Below, one piece after another: positions 30,240 to 40,812 of a DNA stretch of 54,459 nt. The translations under genes and the position numbers were made by a program. Below the pieces are notes generated by a model, which ran no database searches, was not told where the DNA came from, and saw nothing but the letters and a program-made list of their open reading frames with translations. Location of the stretch: NCBI GenBank assembly GCA_005222975.1, contig NJBI01000018.1, positions 1-54,459 on the forward strand, given 5' to 3'. Origin of the DNA: Promethearchaeota archaeon Loki_b31 (GTDB lineage Archaea; Asgardarchaeota; Lokiarchaeia; Sigyniarchaeales; SOKP01). Position 1 is the stretch's first letter, and each line of letters begins with the position of its first letter.

Positions 30240-31595
30240 TTAAAAAAAACCTATTTGCTCTTGTAGATTTCTAAACAATTCAGACAAGGTCGGATGTGCG
30301 TGTATTAGATGCCGGAAAACCGATAATCCATTTGGGATATGAATAAGAGGAATAATTTCATGTATTAAAATATCTGCTCCTTCTCCAATTATGTGGCACC
30401 CCAATATTTGGTCTTCTTGATTATAGAGTAATTTTAACTTGCCACGATTTAGTTTCATTAAATGTCCTCGCGAAGATTTAGAGTATTCAGTTTGAACTAC
30501 TTTATATTCGACTCCAGCATTCCTTAATTCTTGCTCTGTTTTTCCTATTGAACCTATTGGGGGCTCTGTGAACACTGCGTAGGGTATATTTTCAAAAGTT
30601 ACAGGAATCTTAGCTTCGTTAAACATGTTATGAATAACAATTTTAGATTCCCTTAGAGCCATGTGAGTAAATTGCGTTTTACCTAAGATATCTCCAATCG
30701 CGTAAATGTTAGGTTTAGAAGTCTGAAGAAATTTGTTCACGATGATATGACCCCTCGCATCCGTCTGAACACCAGCTGCTTCTAAATTAAGACCTTCTGT
30801 ATTCGCTATAAAACCAGTTGAAATCATCATTTTTTCTACTTCAATTTTATCTCCCTTATTAGTTTCCAGAAGTATTTTTCCAGACGATTGAGAAACTTTT
30901 GTCGTACGAGAATTAGAAATAAAGGTTATACCATCTTCTTCGTAATATTTTTTTATTGCCAATGAGACAGATTCATCTGTTGCAAATATAGGGCGAGACC
31001 CTGTATCAATTAAGTAGACATTGCTTCCCAAACTGTTAAAGACATTTGCGAATTCTAATGAAATAAACCCGCCTCCAACAAACGCTATTGATTTAGGGAC
31101 TTTTTCAATATTAAATATAGTTTCGTGAGTTAAATAATCGACATCGCTAATTCCTTCAATTGGTGGGATAAACGGTTTCGTTCCAGTTGAAATTAAGATG
31201 TTATCCGTTGTATAAACTTCATTTCCAACTTCTACAGAAGAATCACTTACACAATGACCTTTCTGTTTTAGGAAATCAATATTTATAAATCCCGCTAACT
31301 GTTTTTCATTATCACTTATCGCATCTCGTACTAATTTATTAGTATATTCGAGCACTTTCTTAAAATTTAATTTTACATCTTTTACATCTACACCAAATTT
31401 CTCTGCGTTAAGAGCCGTTTTATAAATTTTAGCGGCGTAAATCATTGCTTTAGCGGGAATACAACCGTTTTCTATGCATTTACCACCTAAAGCACCGTCA
31501 CCTAACATTAATACCTTCTTTCCATACTCAGCAGCGATTTTAGCTGATGGAAAACCTGATGTACCCGCACCAATAATTATTAAATCGTAATGCAA
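30240..31595 (-). CDS. Pyridine nucleotide-disulfide oxidoreductase (dihydrolipoamide dehydrogenase / mercuric reductase family)
   Basis: GAGTSG, GGKCIENGCIP redox disulfide, GGGFISLE, HAHPTLSE. Confidence 0.85.
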   Translation of the reverse strand: MHYDLIIIGAGTSGFPSAKIAAEYGKKVLMLGDGALGGKCIENGCIPAKAMIYAAKIYKTALNAEKFGVDVKDVKLNFKKVLEYTNKLVRDAISDNEKQLAGFINIDFLKQKGHCVSDSSVEVGNEVYTTDNILISTGTKPFIPPIEGISDVDYLTHETIFNIEKVPKSIAFVGGGFISLEFANVFNSLGSNVYLIDTGSRPIFATDESVSLAIKKYYEEDGITFISNSRTTKVSQSSGKILLETNKGDKIEVEKMMISTGFIANTEGLNLEAAGVQTDARGHIIVNKFLQTSKPNIYAIGDILGKTQFTHMALRESKIVIHNMFNEAKIPVTFENIPYAVFTEPPIGSIGKTEQELRNAGVEYKVVQTEYSKSSRGHLMKLNRGKLKLLYNQEDQILGCHIIGEGADILIHEIIPLIHIPNGLSVFRHLIHAHPTLSELFRNLQEQIGFF

Positions 31596-31758
31596 CCTTG
31601 AAATTCCTCTTTTAGTTTTAATATTCTAAGTAGTTAGATTATTATTGTCATGGTGTTCATTTAAATTAATTGCTTATTATCTATAAAGTGCCCAGCTGAG
31701 CTCAAAATAAAATCCTTCTTAATTCGGATCATGCTAACCCTTAAAAAATCTGATGAAA

Positions 31759-32436
31759 CTACTTCCATTTCTTAGTTATTTTTTGAGAAATTAATCGATA
31801 TAAATAATAAATCGATATAAATAATTCGGGAAGCCAATGTTCAAGTACGATAAAAAAAAATAACGCTCCAATTACAGCTGATAAAAAAAATAAAGATTCA
31901 TGAATAATATCAAATGGAATACCTTTAAAATTGAAATATAATAAAAATACAATACGAAACACGTTTAATAGAAAAATACCAGATGTTGAAATAACTAATA
32001 CCTTAATTTTTCTCCATACAAACTCCTTTTTAATTGAACCTACTTTAGAGGAAGGAACTAATAGTATTACTCCAATTATGAAACTAAAGATATGCCCTGC
32101 GATGCAATTAATAGTAATAGCGTAAGTTCCATCAAATGGATGATTTGGAATAAATATCGATGGAAAAATATCGTGCTCTGGATAAATAATTACTTGTGCA
32201 TTCAGATTAAATAATAGATTCAAAAGAAATGAGATAAATGTTGATGTAAATTCATAGATCCAGTAATTCATTCGGAGACCAAGAAATAAATAAATTGAGA
32301 TGCATAAAATCGGACTTACAATGAAAAAAGTGGCTAATTGGCGATTTAAAAATTTATAAGTCTTGTGATTTAAATGTAAAATTGGTCTATCTTGGATACA
32401 ATCGTTTCGTTTCGTACTATTATTATTTATAATCAT
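31759..32436 (-). CDS. Archaeosortase/exosortase family protein
   Basis: Multi-TM protein with the catalytic triad context Cys (ITINCIAG), Arg (LNVFRI), His (IIHE). Confidence 0.75.
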   Translation of the reverse strand: MIINNNSTKRNDCIQDRPILHLNHKTYKFLNRQLATFFIVSPILCISIYLFLGLRMNYWIYEFTSTFISFLLNLLFNLNAQVIIYPEHDIFPSIFIPNHPFDGTYAITINCIAGHIFSFIIGVILLVPSSKVGSIKKEFVWRKIKVLVISTSGIFLLNVFRIVFLLYFNFKGIPFDIIHESLFFLSAVIGALFFFIVLEHWLPELFISIYYLYRLISQKITKKWK

Positions 32437-32473
32437 GTTTTTGATTAACAGAAAAATAAAAAAAAAGATTGAT

Positions 32474-33127
32474 TTAATTGGATAAGGAATTTTTCTTGGT
32501 TTTTAAATGATATCTATACATTATAATTATTGATAGCATTGCGAACAAACCAAGGAACAATAATGGTTCGAATCCAGGAATTTCGACATCAGCAAACATT
32601 TCTGTAAATGCATTACTAATTGCTTCATTTATAGAATCATTTATCTTCTTTCCTATTGAAGTTGCGATAGTCGAGAAAGTGGTAGCTAAAAAAGCTGGGA
32701 CAGCTATAGCTATTGCTACAATAGCTCCAATACAATATCCACAACCTTCATATCCACTAGCACTTCCCCTGAAACTTGCATTTGAACCAGCTAACCATAA
32801 TAAACCCAGAGAAAATGCTACTACAAAAAAGAAAATTAAATATAACTGACCAAATGAAGATACAGGTAATGCAAAACCATTCATAACTAAAAAAGAGACT
32901 AATAAATCTATTACTGCGACAACAGCAAAATATGTAATTGTCTTATAGGGGACTTTCGTTTTAGTTTTAATTGGAGTTGTAGGGGGAGGTGTGGATGATG
33001 TCGGTTGAATAGGTGTGGACGGACTTGTCGGGCCGGGTTGTAAAAGTGAACCACAGTAATTGCAATATGTTAAATCCTTTCGCACTAACTTACCACACTT
33101 GCCACATGGAATCTCATCTTGAGACAT
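32474..33127 (-). CDS. Zinc-ribbon membrane protein with C-terminal IPGF (Loki-CTERM/PGF-CTERM-like) sorting signal
   Basis: CGKC...CNYC zinc ribbon, P/S/T linker, three hydrophobic segments, then EIPGFEP + TM + basic tail (RYHLKTKK). Confidence 0.75.
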   Translation of the reverse strand: MSQDEIPCGKCGKLVRKDLTYCNYCGSLLQPGPTSPSTPIQPTSSTPPPTTPIKTKTKVPYKTITYFAVVAVIDLLVSFLVMNGFALPVSSFGQLYLIFFFVVAFSLGLLWLAGSNASFRGSASGYEGCGYCIGAIVAIAIAVPAFLATTFSTIATSIGKKINDSINEAISNAFTEMFADVEIPGFEPLLFLGLFAMLSIIIMYRYHLKTKKNSLSN

Positions 33128-33288
33128 GTAATATCACATTATAACCTTTTAATTTGGAATTTCATTTGTATATAAAAGATACATTTATTATTTCGTTAAG
33201 AAAGTATTTATACTTTTATTTTTATAAGTGTATATTAATACAGTTTTAACAAAACTAAAAACTAATTCATAATTAGGTGCGAATGTAA

Positions 33289-33693
33289 GTGAAAATAAAT
33301 TACAACTATAAAAATTTAAAGGAATTAGCATACACTAACATTATTTTTGTATTTGTTCTTTTGTTTATTAACTTGATTTTGATGCTCTGGATAAATGAAT
33401 ATATTAATTTAAGCCAAGTAGTATATTTCCCATTATATATCCTTTTACCGTTTTTCGAAATCTTTAGATCTCTAATCCTATTAATAACTGTATTCATAAC
33501 CGTAAAAACTAACAAATACCAATCAATTTACATTATCATAATAATTCTAAATTTATTTACGGGAATCATTTTTAACTGTATATTCTTAACCAAATTATTT
33601 GGATATGCTTGTTTTACTCCACTATTAAATTATTTCAGCATTCCATTTGTAATTTTATCTTCTATTATGATTTTGATAAAAAAGGTTAATTAA
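33289..33693 (+). CDS. Hypothetical integral membrane protein
   Basis: 134 aa, about 4 hydrophobic segments, AGGTG upstream. Confidence 0.55.
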   Translation: MKINYNYKNLKELAYTNIIFVFVLLFINLILMLWINEYINLSQVVYFPLYILLPFFEIFRSLILLITVFITVKTNKYQSIYIIIIILNLFTGIIFNCIFLTKLFGYACFTPLLNYFSIPFVILSSIMILIKKVN

Positions 33694-33706
33694 TTTCAGT
33701 GTTTAT

Positions 33707-34630
33707 TTAAATAAATAACGCGAACTCTAAAATAAACACCCAAATTAAGATCCAAAAGATAGATACAAATATATAAATAATTAAAGCAATCCTATCCTTA
33801 ATTTTTTCGTTACTAATATTTAGTATAATGATAAGAGTAATAAAACTCACATACAACAAGTGCGCAGGTTGAATCAATCGCCACAATTTTAAAAAGATAT
33901 TAATTAGAGAGAGATCTGTTGATGTGTTGGATACTTCAAACCAATTAGAAACCATGGATATAAAATATTCAGGGAATATGAAATAAGGAATGCAAATAAG
34001 GATTAAAGGAGTTATGAAATAGGCTAAGTGTTTCACTTTTAATTTTTTAATAATTATTAAAATCAAGGGAAAGACAATCAAAGTCACTTTAAATACTGCA
34101 AAAGAAAAAAGAATTCCTGAGAGAATTTTTTTTTCATGTTGGAATTGATAAAATGATTCTATTAATAACAATTGAATTAACCAATTCGTATTATTCAAAT
34201 ACATATCAGTAAAATACCCAATAGCAGAAAAAAGAAAGAAAAAGTATAATTCTCGATTATCTGATGTAATTTTTTCTATTTTTAAGGCTATGTAAATAGC
34301 TGAGGATAATCTTAGCAAATCCCATAAATATAATGATATTTCAAATGGTAATATGTAAAAAGGATAAAAAATAAAATACCAAAAGTAAAGATATATTGCT
34401 TTCTCATCTAATAAAGGATTTTCCTCATAATAATGAAATACCCCGTTAGACATTAAATCATAATTGGTTTTAAAATTTAAATCCCTATTACTCATAAGCA
34501 AATCCATAAAAAAAACACCTGAAAGTTCATCTTGAAAGTAATAAAAGACAATTCTAGTGCAAATTAAAATTAAAGTTGTTATAATGACAAAAATTATATA
34601 TCTCTTTGAAAATGCAGATTTAATTTTCAT
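33707..34630 (-). CDS. GT-C-type membrane glycosyltransferase (GT87/DUF2029-like)
   Basis: TM1 followed by the RD motif, YLYF..IFYPF..LP, 'NN.N', SG......FK motifs; many TM segments. Confidence 0.6.
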   Translation of the reverse strand: MKIKSAFSKRYIIFVIITTLILICTRIVFYYFQDELSGVFFMDLLMSNRDLNFKTNYDLMSNGVFHYYEENPLLDEKAIYLYFWYFIFYPFYILPFEISLYLWDLLRLSSAIYIALKIEKITSDNRELYFFFLFSAIGYFTDMYLNNTNWLIQLLLIESFYQFQHEKKILSGILFSFAVFKVTLIVFPLILIIIKKLKVKHLAYFITPLILICIPYFIFPEYFISMVSNWFEVSNTSTDLSLINIFLKLWRLIQPAHLLYVSFITLIIILNISNEKIKDRIALIIYIFVSIFWILIWVFILEFALFI

Positions 34631-35069
34631 TATATAATTCCATATTCTTTTTTAGGTAATATTTCTGGATTTCTTTCTTAAGTATATAATACATCAAGAT
34701 GGATGCGAGAAAGTTAATAATAATTGTGATTATATAGGAAAAATTAATGAATAGAAATAACACTAAACCAAAAATAGCACCAAGAATAAATGCAAGTGAC
34801 AAACCAAATAAAATAAATAATATTAAGATAAAATTAAAATTCAATTCCTCCCTCGACGCAAGATAAGCGTCAATATTATACCGAATTAATAATATTCCAA
34901 AAACCAATAAAAAAAATGGAAAGATTGGTTGACTATCTGCCACATCAATTAAAACAGCAATTAAAAAATAAATTAAAAAACTAAAAACGACTGTAAATAG
35001 CGAATAATATATTTCCTTCTTTTTGCGAATTATATTAATTACACAGTTTTTAGATTTTAAGTCTGTCAT
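34620..35069 (-). CDS. Hypothetical integral membrane protein
   Basis: 149 aa, 4 hydrophobic segments; overlaps the GT gene start. Confidence 0.6.
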   Translation of the reverse strand: MTDLKSKNCVINIIRKKKEIYYSLFTVVFSFLIYFLIAVLIDVADSQPIFPFFLLVFGILLIRYNIDAYLASREELNFNFILILFILFGLSLAFILGAIFGLVLFLFINFSYIITIIINFLASILMYYILKKEIQKYYLKKNMELYNEN

Positions 35070-35451
35070 TGAAAATTATTCCTATATCTGGTTGTGATTT
35101 ATAAGCTTATGTTGTTGTTTACATAATCTACAATAGTATTTTAGGTTGCCGAAGTCATTGTTCCTATACATACATATATAATTGAATATATAATTGAATA
35201 TCGAATTAATATATAATTTGATATTTCCTCAGTTCTTCAAATTTATACAACTTATTTATATCCTTATAAAATCGTATTTAATTACTCGTTTTCTCAAGGA
35301 GCTTCTTGCGGTTTTTTTCATTTACGAGGTGTTCTGAGGGAATTGCCTCCCATATTAATCATGTAGGTAAAATTTTTATTAAAGTTGAGTTTACACTTAT
35401 TATAAATCTTTGACATAATATTAAAAAATAAAATAAGAGAAAGAGAGAAAA

Positions 35452-36747
35452 TTGGCTCAAAAAAATATTTATGAGTATGATGCTAAAAAGCTCCTAGCGA
35501 GCGAATTGCCAAAATATTTTCCAGAATTCAAATACCATAACAAATTAGTGATTATTGACTGCGAAACTGATTTAGAGAAAGCAATCTCAGATAATCCTTG
35601 GATAAATACAGAAACAGTTGTAGTTAAACCTGACCAACTTTTTGGAAAAAGAGGGAAGGCAAATCTACTCTTGTTAGATGCTAGTTGCGATGAAATGAAA
35701 GATTTCTGTTACAACAATTTGGATAGAGTCTGCGAGATTGGAAATGTGAGAGGTGCATTGAAGCGTTTACTTGTCGAACCTTTCATTCCTCATGAAAAAG
35801 AATATTATATTTCTATCACAACCGAAAGAGAAGGTGATGTGATCCATTTCAGTTTCGAGGGGGGTATTTACGTGGAAGAGAATTGGGATAAGGTCATTCA
35901 CATACCAATACCTATTGGAACTGATATTAAATCCTTTGATTTAGAGAGTAAACTGCCGGATTTAGGAGACTCTAAAGGCGTTTTAATGCCTTTTATTAAG
36001 GGACTTTATCAAGTGTTTGTCGATCAGGATTTTACTTTTCTTGAAATCAATCCATTCGCAATCACTCAAGACAACAAAGTTGTTCCATTAGATGTTAAAG
36101 CTAGATTAGATGATACCGCTATGTTTCTTCACGCGGATACATGGGGAAATCCTAACAACCCGATTGAATTTCCAGCTGCTTTTGGACAAACTATGTCTGA
36201 AAAAGAAGCGTATATACGAGAATTAGATGAAAAGACAGGAGCTTCCCTTAAATTAAAAGTTCTGAATCCAGTTGGTCGAGTTTGGACTATGGTAGCTGGA
36301 GGAGGGGCTTCAGTTATCTATACCGATACGATCGTGGACTTGGGATATGGAGAAGAATTGGGGAATTACGGAGAATATTCTGGGAATCCATCACGAGAAT
36401 ATACTGAAATTTACGCTCAAACCATCATAGATCTCATTACAGAAACTCCTGATATCGCAGGGAGATCAAAGTATCTCATAATTGGCGGAGGAATTGCTAA
36501 TTTTACTGATGTAAAAGCTACCTTTACTGGAATCGTTAGTGCCATTAAGAATTCAGTTGAAAAACTGAAAAAAGCCAAAGTCAAAATTTACGTGCGAAGA
36601 GGTGGACCTAACGAAAAGCAAGGACTTGAACTTATGAAGCAGGTTGGAGAGGAGACTGGTATTCCGATTGAAGTATACGATAGATACACTCATATGACTA
36701 GAGTTGTCGATTTAATAAAACAAGCAGAAGAAACAGGAGGGGCTTAA
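35452..36747 (+). CDS. aclB: ATP-citrate lyase beta subunit
   Basis: VVKPDQLFGKRGK, WTMVAGGGASVIY.D, NYGEYSG.P, GGGIANFT, RRGGPN motifs. Confidence 0.92.
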   Translation: MAQKNIYEYDAKKLLASELPKYFPEFKYHNKLVIIDCETDLEKAISDNPWINTETVVVKPDQLFGKRGKANLLLLDASCDEMKDFCYNNLDRVCEIGNVRGALKRLLVEPFIPHEKEYYISITTEREGDVIHFSFEGGIYVEENWDKVIHIPIPIGTDIKSFDLESKLPDLGDSKGVLMPFIKGLYQVFVDQDFTFLEINPFAITQDNKVVPLDVKARLDDTAMFLHADTWGNPNNPIEFPAAFGQTMSEKEAYIRELDEKTGASLKLKVLNPVGRVWTMVAGGGASVIYTDTIVDLGYGEELGNYGEYSGNPSREYTEIYAQTIIDLITETPDIAGRSKYLIIGGGIANFTDVKATFTGIVSAIKNSVEKLKKAKVKIYVRRGGPNEKQGLELMKQVGEETGIPIEVYDRYTHMTRVVDLIKQAEETGGA

Positions 36748-36748
36748 A

Positions 36749-38584
36749 ATGAAAGATTATGAACTTTTTAATAGGAATACACAAGCAATAATCTACGGAT
36801 TTCAAAGGAATCCTATCCAAAGAATGCTTGATTTTGATTTTGTGAGTAAAAGAGAAAAACAATCAGTAGCGGCAATAATTAGACCTACTCAAACTGCTGC
36901 AATTAGTTATCACAAGGTTTTTTACGGGAATAAAGAAATAGTTATACCTATTTATAAAACGCTTGATTTAGCGATGAAAAAACACCCTAACGCTGATGTA
37001 ATGATAAATTTTGCTTCCTTTAGATCCTCGTATGAAACTAGTAAAGAAGCTCTTGAATCTGATACAATTCGAACAGTGGTTATCATAGCTGAAGGCATTC
37101 CTGAAAGACAGAGTCGAAAATTAATAAAAATCGCAGAAGAGAGGAAGAAGAATATTATTGGTCCAGCTACTGTAGGAGGAATTGTAGCGGGGGCTTTTAA
37201 AATTGGAAATACAGCAGGAACTTTAGAAAATATTAAACTTTCCAAACTATATCGACCAGGCTCAGTTGGGTTCGTTTCAAAATCAGGTGGTTTAAGCAAC
37301 GAAATGAATTTTATGATAAGTCAAACAACCGATGGGGTATTTGAAGGCATTGCTATCGGCGGCGATAGATATCCTGGTTCAAGATTAATTGATCACCTCA
37401 TGCGATACGAAGCAAACCCTAAAATTAAAATGTTAGTAACTTTAGGAGAGATAGGTGGAACTGACGAATATGCGATAGTAGACGCATTGAAAAATGGAAA
37501 GATAACAAAACCTATAGTTGTGTGGGTAACAGGGACAGCAGCAAAACTGCTGCCTAAGGGATTGCAGTTTGGTCACGCAGGGGCTATGGCAGATAGCGCT
37601 AGAGAAACTGCTGACGCTAAAAATCGCGCATTAAGAGAGGCTGGTGCTATCGTTCCAGATTCATACGAAGATTTTGACAAAGAAATTAGAAAAACATTTG
37701 AAAATTTAAAAAAGGAAGGCAAGATTGACCCCATTGAAGAATTCGTACCTCCAGAAGTTCCACTAGACTATAATACTGCGATTCGTTTAGGAAAAGTAAG
37801 AAGACCGACCGATGTAGTAGTGACTATTTCAGATGATAGAGGTGATGTGCCAACTTTTGCTGGTGTTGGATTAGACAAAATAATCAGAGAAAACAAATCA
37901 ATTGGGTATGTGATTGGTCTTTTATGGTTTAAAAGAGAGTTACCAGAGTTTGCCCAACAATTTATCGAGATGGTAATTAAATTGACAGCCGACCACGGTC
38001 CCGCGGTTTCAGGAGCTCACAACGCAATTATCACAGCGCGCGCAGGTAAAGATTTAATGGCGTCACTTGCTTCAGGAATTCTCACGATCGGCCCGAGATT
38101 CGGTGGAGCAATCTCAAACGCAGCTAAATACTTCAGGGAAGCTTTGCAAAAAGGGATGACCCCCTTAGAATTTATGGGTTATATGAAAGATGTCGTGAAG
38201 ATTAACATCCCTGGAATCGGTCATAGAATAAAATCAGTTCAAAATCCTGATGTACGAGTTCAGTTATTGAAAGAATTTGTCTTTAAAAACTTTGAAAAGC
38301 ATCCCCACCTTGATTACGCTCTAGAAGTAGAGAAACTTACCACCTCCAAAAGGAATAATCTTATATTAAATGTTGACGGATGTATCGGGATTACTTTCTT
38401 AGACCTCTTAGAAAATCTGGATTTTACTAAAGAGGAAATTGAAGACGTAATATTCAGTGAAGCTCTAAACGGATTATTTGTACTTGGAAGATCAATTGGA
38501 ATGATGGGACATGTGTTTGATCAGAAACGCCAAAGAGCTGGATTATATAGACAACCTTGGGACGAAATTCTATTTACGGATTAA
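36749..38584 (+). CDS. aclA: ATP-citrate lyase alpha subunit (with citrate-synthase-like C-terminus)
   Basis: QRMLDFD, GPATVGG, FGHAGA, ADHGPAVSGAHN, PGIGHRIKS, LNVDG motifs. Confidence 0.92.
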   Translation: MKDYELFNRNTQAIIYGFQRNPIQRMLDFDFVSKREKQSVAAIIRPTQTAAISYHKVFYGNKEIVIPIYKTLDLAMKKHPNADVMINFASFRSSYETSKEALESDTIRTVVIIAEGIPERQSRKLIKIAEERKKNIIGPATVGGIVAGAFKIGNTAGTLENIKLSKLYRPGSVGFVSKSGGLSNEMNFMISQTTDGVFEGIAIGGDRYPGSRLIDHLMRYEANPKIKMLVTLGEIGGTDEYAIVDALKNGKITKPIVVWVTGTAAKLLPKGLQFGHAGAMADSARETADAKNRALREAGAIVPDSYEDFDKEIRKTFENLKKEGKIDPIEEFVPPEVPLDYNTAIRLGKVRRPTDVVVTISDDRGDVPTFAGVGLDKIIRENKSIGYVIGLLWFKRELPEFAQQFIEMVIKLTADHGPAVSGAHNAIITARAGKDLMASLASGILTIGPRFGGAISNAAKYFREALQKGMTPLEFMGYMKDVVKINIPGIGHRIKSVQNPDVRVQLLKEFVFKNFEKHPHLDYALEVEKLTTSKRNNLILNVDGCIGITFLDLLENLDFTKEEIEDVIFSEALNGLFVLGRSIGMMGHVFDQKRQRAGLYRQPWDEILFTD

Positions 38585-38778
38585 CCTCCTCATCAAAATC
38601 AACGCAAGGAATGTATTGATGGAAATAAAAATATTTTTTTACAATAATAATTAACAATTAGAAATCGGAAGGAAATATTTGATTAACTTATAATTAATCA
38701 AAAAATTGTAATATCACGACTACCAAAAAAAAAGAAAAAATTGAAAAGTAAAAAGTAAAAGAAATAGGAAAAACAAAA

Positions 38779-39972
38779 ATGGATAAGATTATTGAAAATG
38801 CGAAAATCCACTTTGAAAAACTTGTAAAAGAGCAGTTAGAAAGAGTAGAGCGAATGAAAAAAGCTGGAGATTGGGTTGATTACACAACGATAAGACCAAT
38901 TATCATCGGACTCGTTGGGGGTGATGGTATCGGACCATTTATTACAAAACACGCGCAAGCCGTACTAGAATTCTTGTTAAAAGAAGAGATAGAGAATGGA
39001 AAAGTTGAGCTTCGAGTAATTGAAGGACTGACGATTGAAAACAGAGCAAAAGTAATGAAAGCGATCCCTGACGACGTGTTAGTAGAAATAAAAAAGTGCC
39101 ATGTATTATTAAAGGGACCCACTACAACTCCGAGGAAGGGAGATAAATGGCCAAACATCGAAAGTGCGAATGTAACCATGCGTCGTGAATTAGATCTATT
39201 TGCAAATGTTCGTCCAGTTAAAGTACCTGAAAAAAACATCGATTGGATGTTTTTCAGAGAAAATACTGAGGGAGCTTATGTGTTAGGTTCTAAAGGTATA
39301 AACATCACTGATGATTTAGCCTTTGATTTTAAGGTCATTACATCGCAAGGAGCAGATAGGATTATCAGATTAGCCTTTGATTACGCTAAAAAGAACGATA
39401 TTAACAAGGTCACAGTAGTTACCAAAGCAAACGTTGTAAAAGCTACTGATGGAAAATTTCTTGCTTTAGCAGAGGAAGTGGCAAAGGATTATCCCGAAGT
39501 AGAATGGGACGATTGGTATATCGACATTATGACGGCTAAGCTAGTAGATCCAGCAAGACAAAGCCAATTTAGAGTTTTTGTCGCTCCGAACCTTTATGGG
39601 GATATCATCACTGACGAGGCAGCTCAGATTCAAGGAGGCGTTGGAACTGCGGGCTCTGCGAATATTGGAAAACAATATTCTATGTTTGAAGCAATTCACG
39701 GTTCAGCCCCCCGTATGGTAGAAGAGGGAAGAGCACAATACGCTGATCCTTCGAGTATTATCAAAGCAGCGGCTTTACTTATGAACCATATAGGATTTGC
39801 TGAAAAAGCGAAAAAGCTTGAAATGGCACTTGATATTTGTGCAACGCTAGAAAAGAAAATAACAATTACTGGCCGAGACAACGGAGCTACTGGCGAAGAG
39901 TTCGCAAAGTATATCATGGATACCCTTACAGACCCACAATTAGAAGAACATTTTAAAGAATATAGTAAATAA
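38779..39972 (+). CDS. icd: Isocitrate/isopropylmalate dehydrogenase family protein (likely isocitrate dehydrogenase)
   Basis: GDGIGP, KGPTTTP, SANV.MR..LDLFANVRP, RENTEG, PNLYGDI.TD, FEAIHGSAP motifs; TCA context. Confidence 0.8.
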   Translation: MDKIIENAKIHFEKLVKEQLERVERMKKAGDWVDYTTIRPIIIGLVGGDGIGPFITKHAQAVLEFLLKEEIENGKVELRVIEGLTIENRAKVMKAIPDDVLVEIKKCHVLLKGPTTTPRKGDKWPNIESANVTMRRELDLFANVRPVKVPEKNIDWMFFRENTEGAYVLGSKGINITDDLAFDFKVITSQGADRIIRLAFDYAKKNDINKVTVVTKANVVKATDGKFLALAEEVAKDYPEVEWDDWYIDIMTAKLVDPARQSQFRVFVAPNLYGDIITDEAAQIQGGVGTAGSANIGKQYSMFEAIHGSAPRMVEEGRAQYADPSSIIKAAALLMNHIGFAEKAKKLEMALDICATLEKKITITGRDNGATGEEFAKYIMDTLTDPQLEEHFKEYSK

Positions 39973-40139
39973 TATGAAAAGATACTTTAAATAACAAAAT
40001 TTTTTTAATTTTTTTTTATTATATAGAAACATTTTTTATGGGATGAAAACATTATGGCTATTAGACATAAGAAATATTCTATCGAGGGCGTTAATTTAAT
40101 TACAAAGAATTATAAATATGTGTATGTATGTGTATACAT

Positions 40140-40379
40140 ATGACTTCAAAAAATATTAGTATAACTAAAGATGTTTATAACAAACTACTCAAGATTAAGC
40201 TTGAAAATGAAAGCTTTTCAGAACTTTTCTTAAGGCTTTTAAAAATACAAAAGAATACACTTGAAAAATCTTTTGGCGCATGGGATCTTTCAGAGGAGGA
40301 AGAGAAAGAGATATGGGTAGAAATTTCTACTCGCAATGGAAGAAGTTGGAATAAATCAAATACAGAGGATCTAAAATGA
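40140..40379 (+). CDS. vapB: VapB-family antitoxin
   Basis: MTSKNISITKDVY..L..IK...ESFSE pattern; overlaps the PIN toxin; TGTATACA palindrome immediately upstream. Confidence 0.85.
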   Translation: MTSKNISITKDVYNKLLKIKLENESFSELFLRLLKIQKNTLEKSFGAWDLSEEEEKEIWVEISTRNGRSWNKSNTEDLK

Positions 40380-40783
40380 TTCTTTTAGATACATCTGCTT
40401 GCATCGATTATTTAAATGGAAATAAAGAAATTAAAAAAGTAATTGAAGATCAAGATGATCTTATTCACATTACATCTATAACCATTTATGAAATGAATAT
40501 AGGTTTTGAAAGAACCAAACGCAAAATTTCTGAACAAAGATATAAACAGCTTTATAAACCTTGGTTAGAATTTATAAGCAGTATGGAGATTTTTGCTTTA
40601 GGATTTAAGGAGGCTGAAAAGGCTGCTAAGATTTATGATGTCTTAGAGTCTCAAGGTAAAACAATTGATGATAATGACATTTTAATAACTGGAATCATGT
40701 TAGCAAATGGCATTAAGAAACTAATTACAAAGAATGTAAGCCATTTTGAAAGAATTGTAGATATAGAACTTATAACATATTAA
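40376..40783 (+). CDS. vapC: VapC PIN-domain toxin
   Basis: ILLDTS, E, D.DILI, T.N..HF PIN motifs. Confidence 0.88.
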   Translation: MILLDTSACIDYLNGNKEIKKVIEDQDDLIHITSITIYEMNIGFERTKRKISEQRYKQLYKPWLEFISSMEIFALGFKEAEKAAKIYDVLESQGKTIDDNDILITGIMLANGIKKLITKNVSHFERIVDIELITY

Positions 40784-40812
40784 AGAAAAAAAAATAATAT
40801 ATTTGAAAATTT

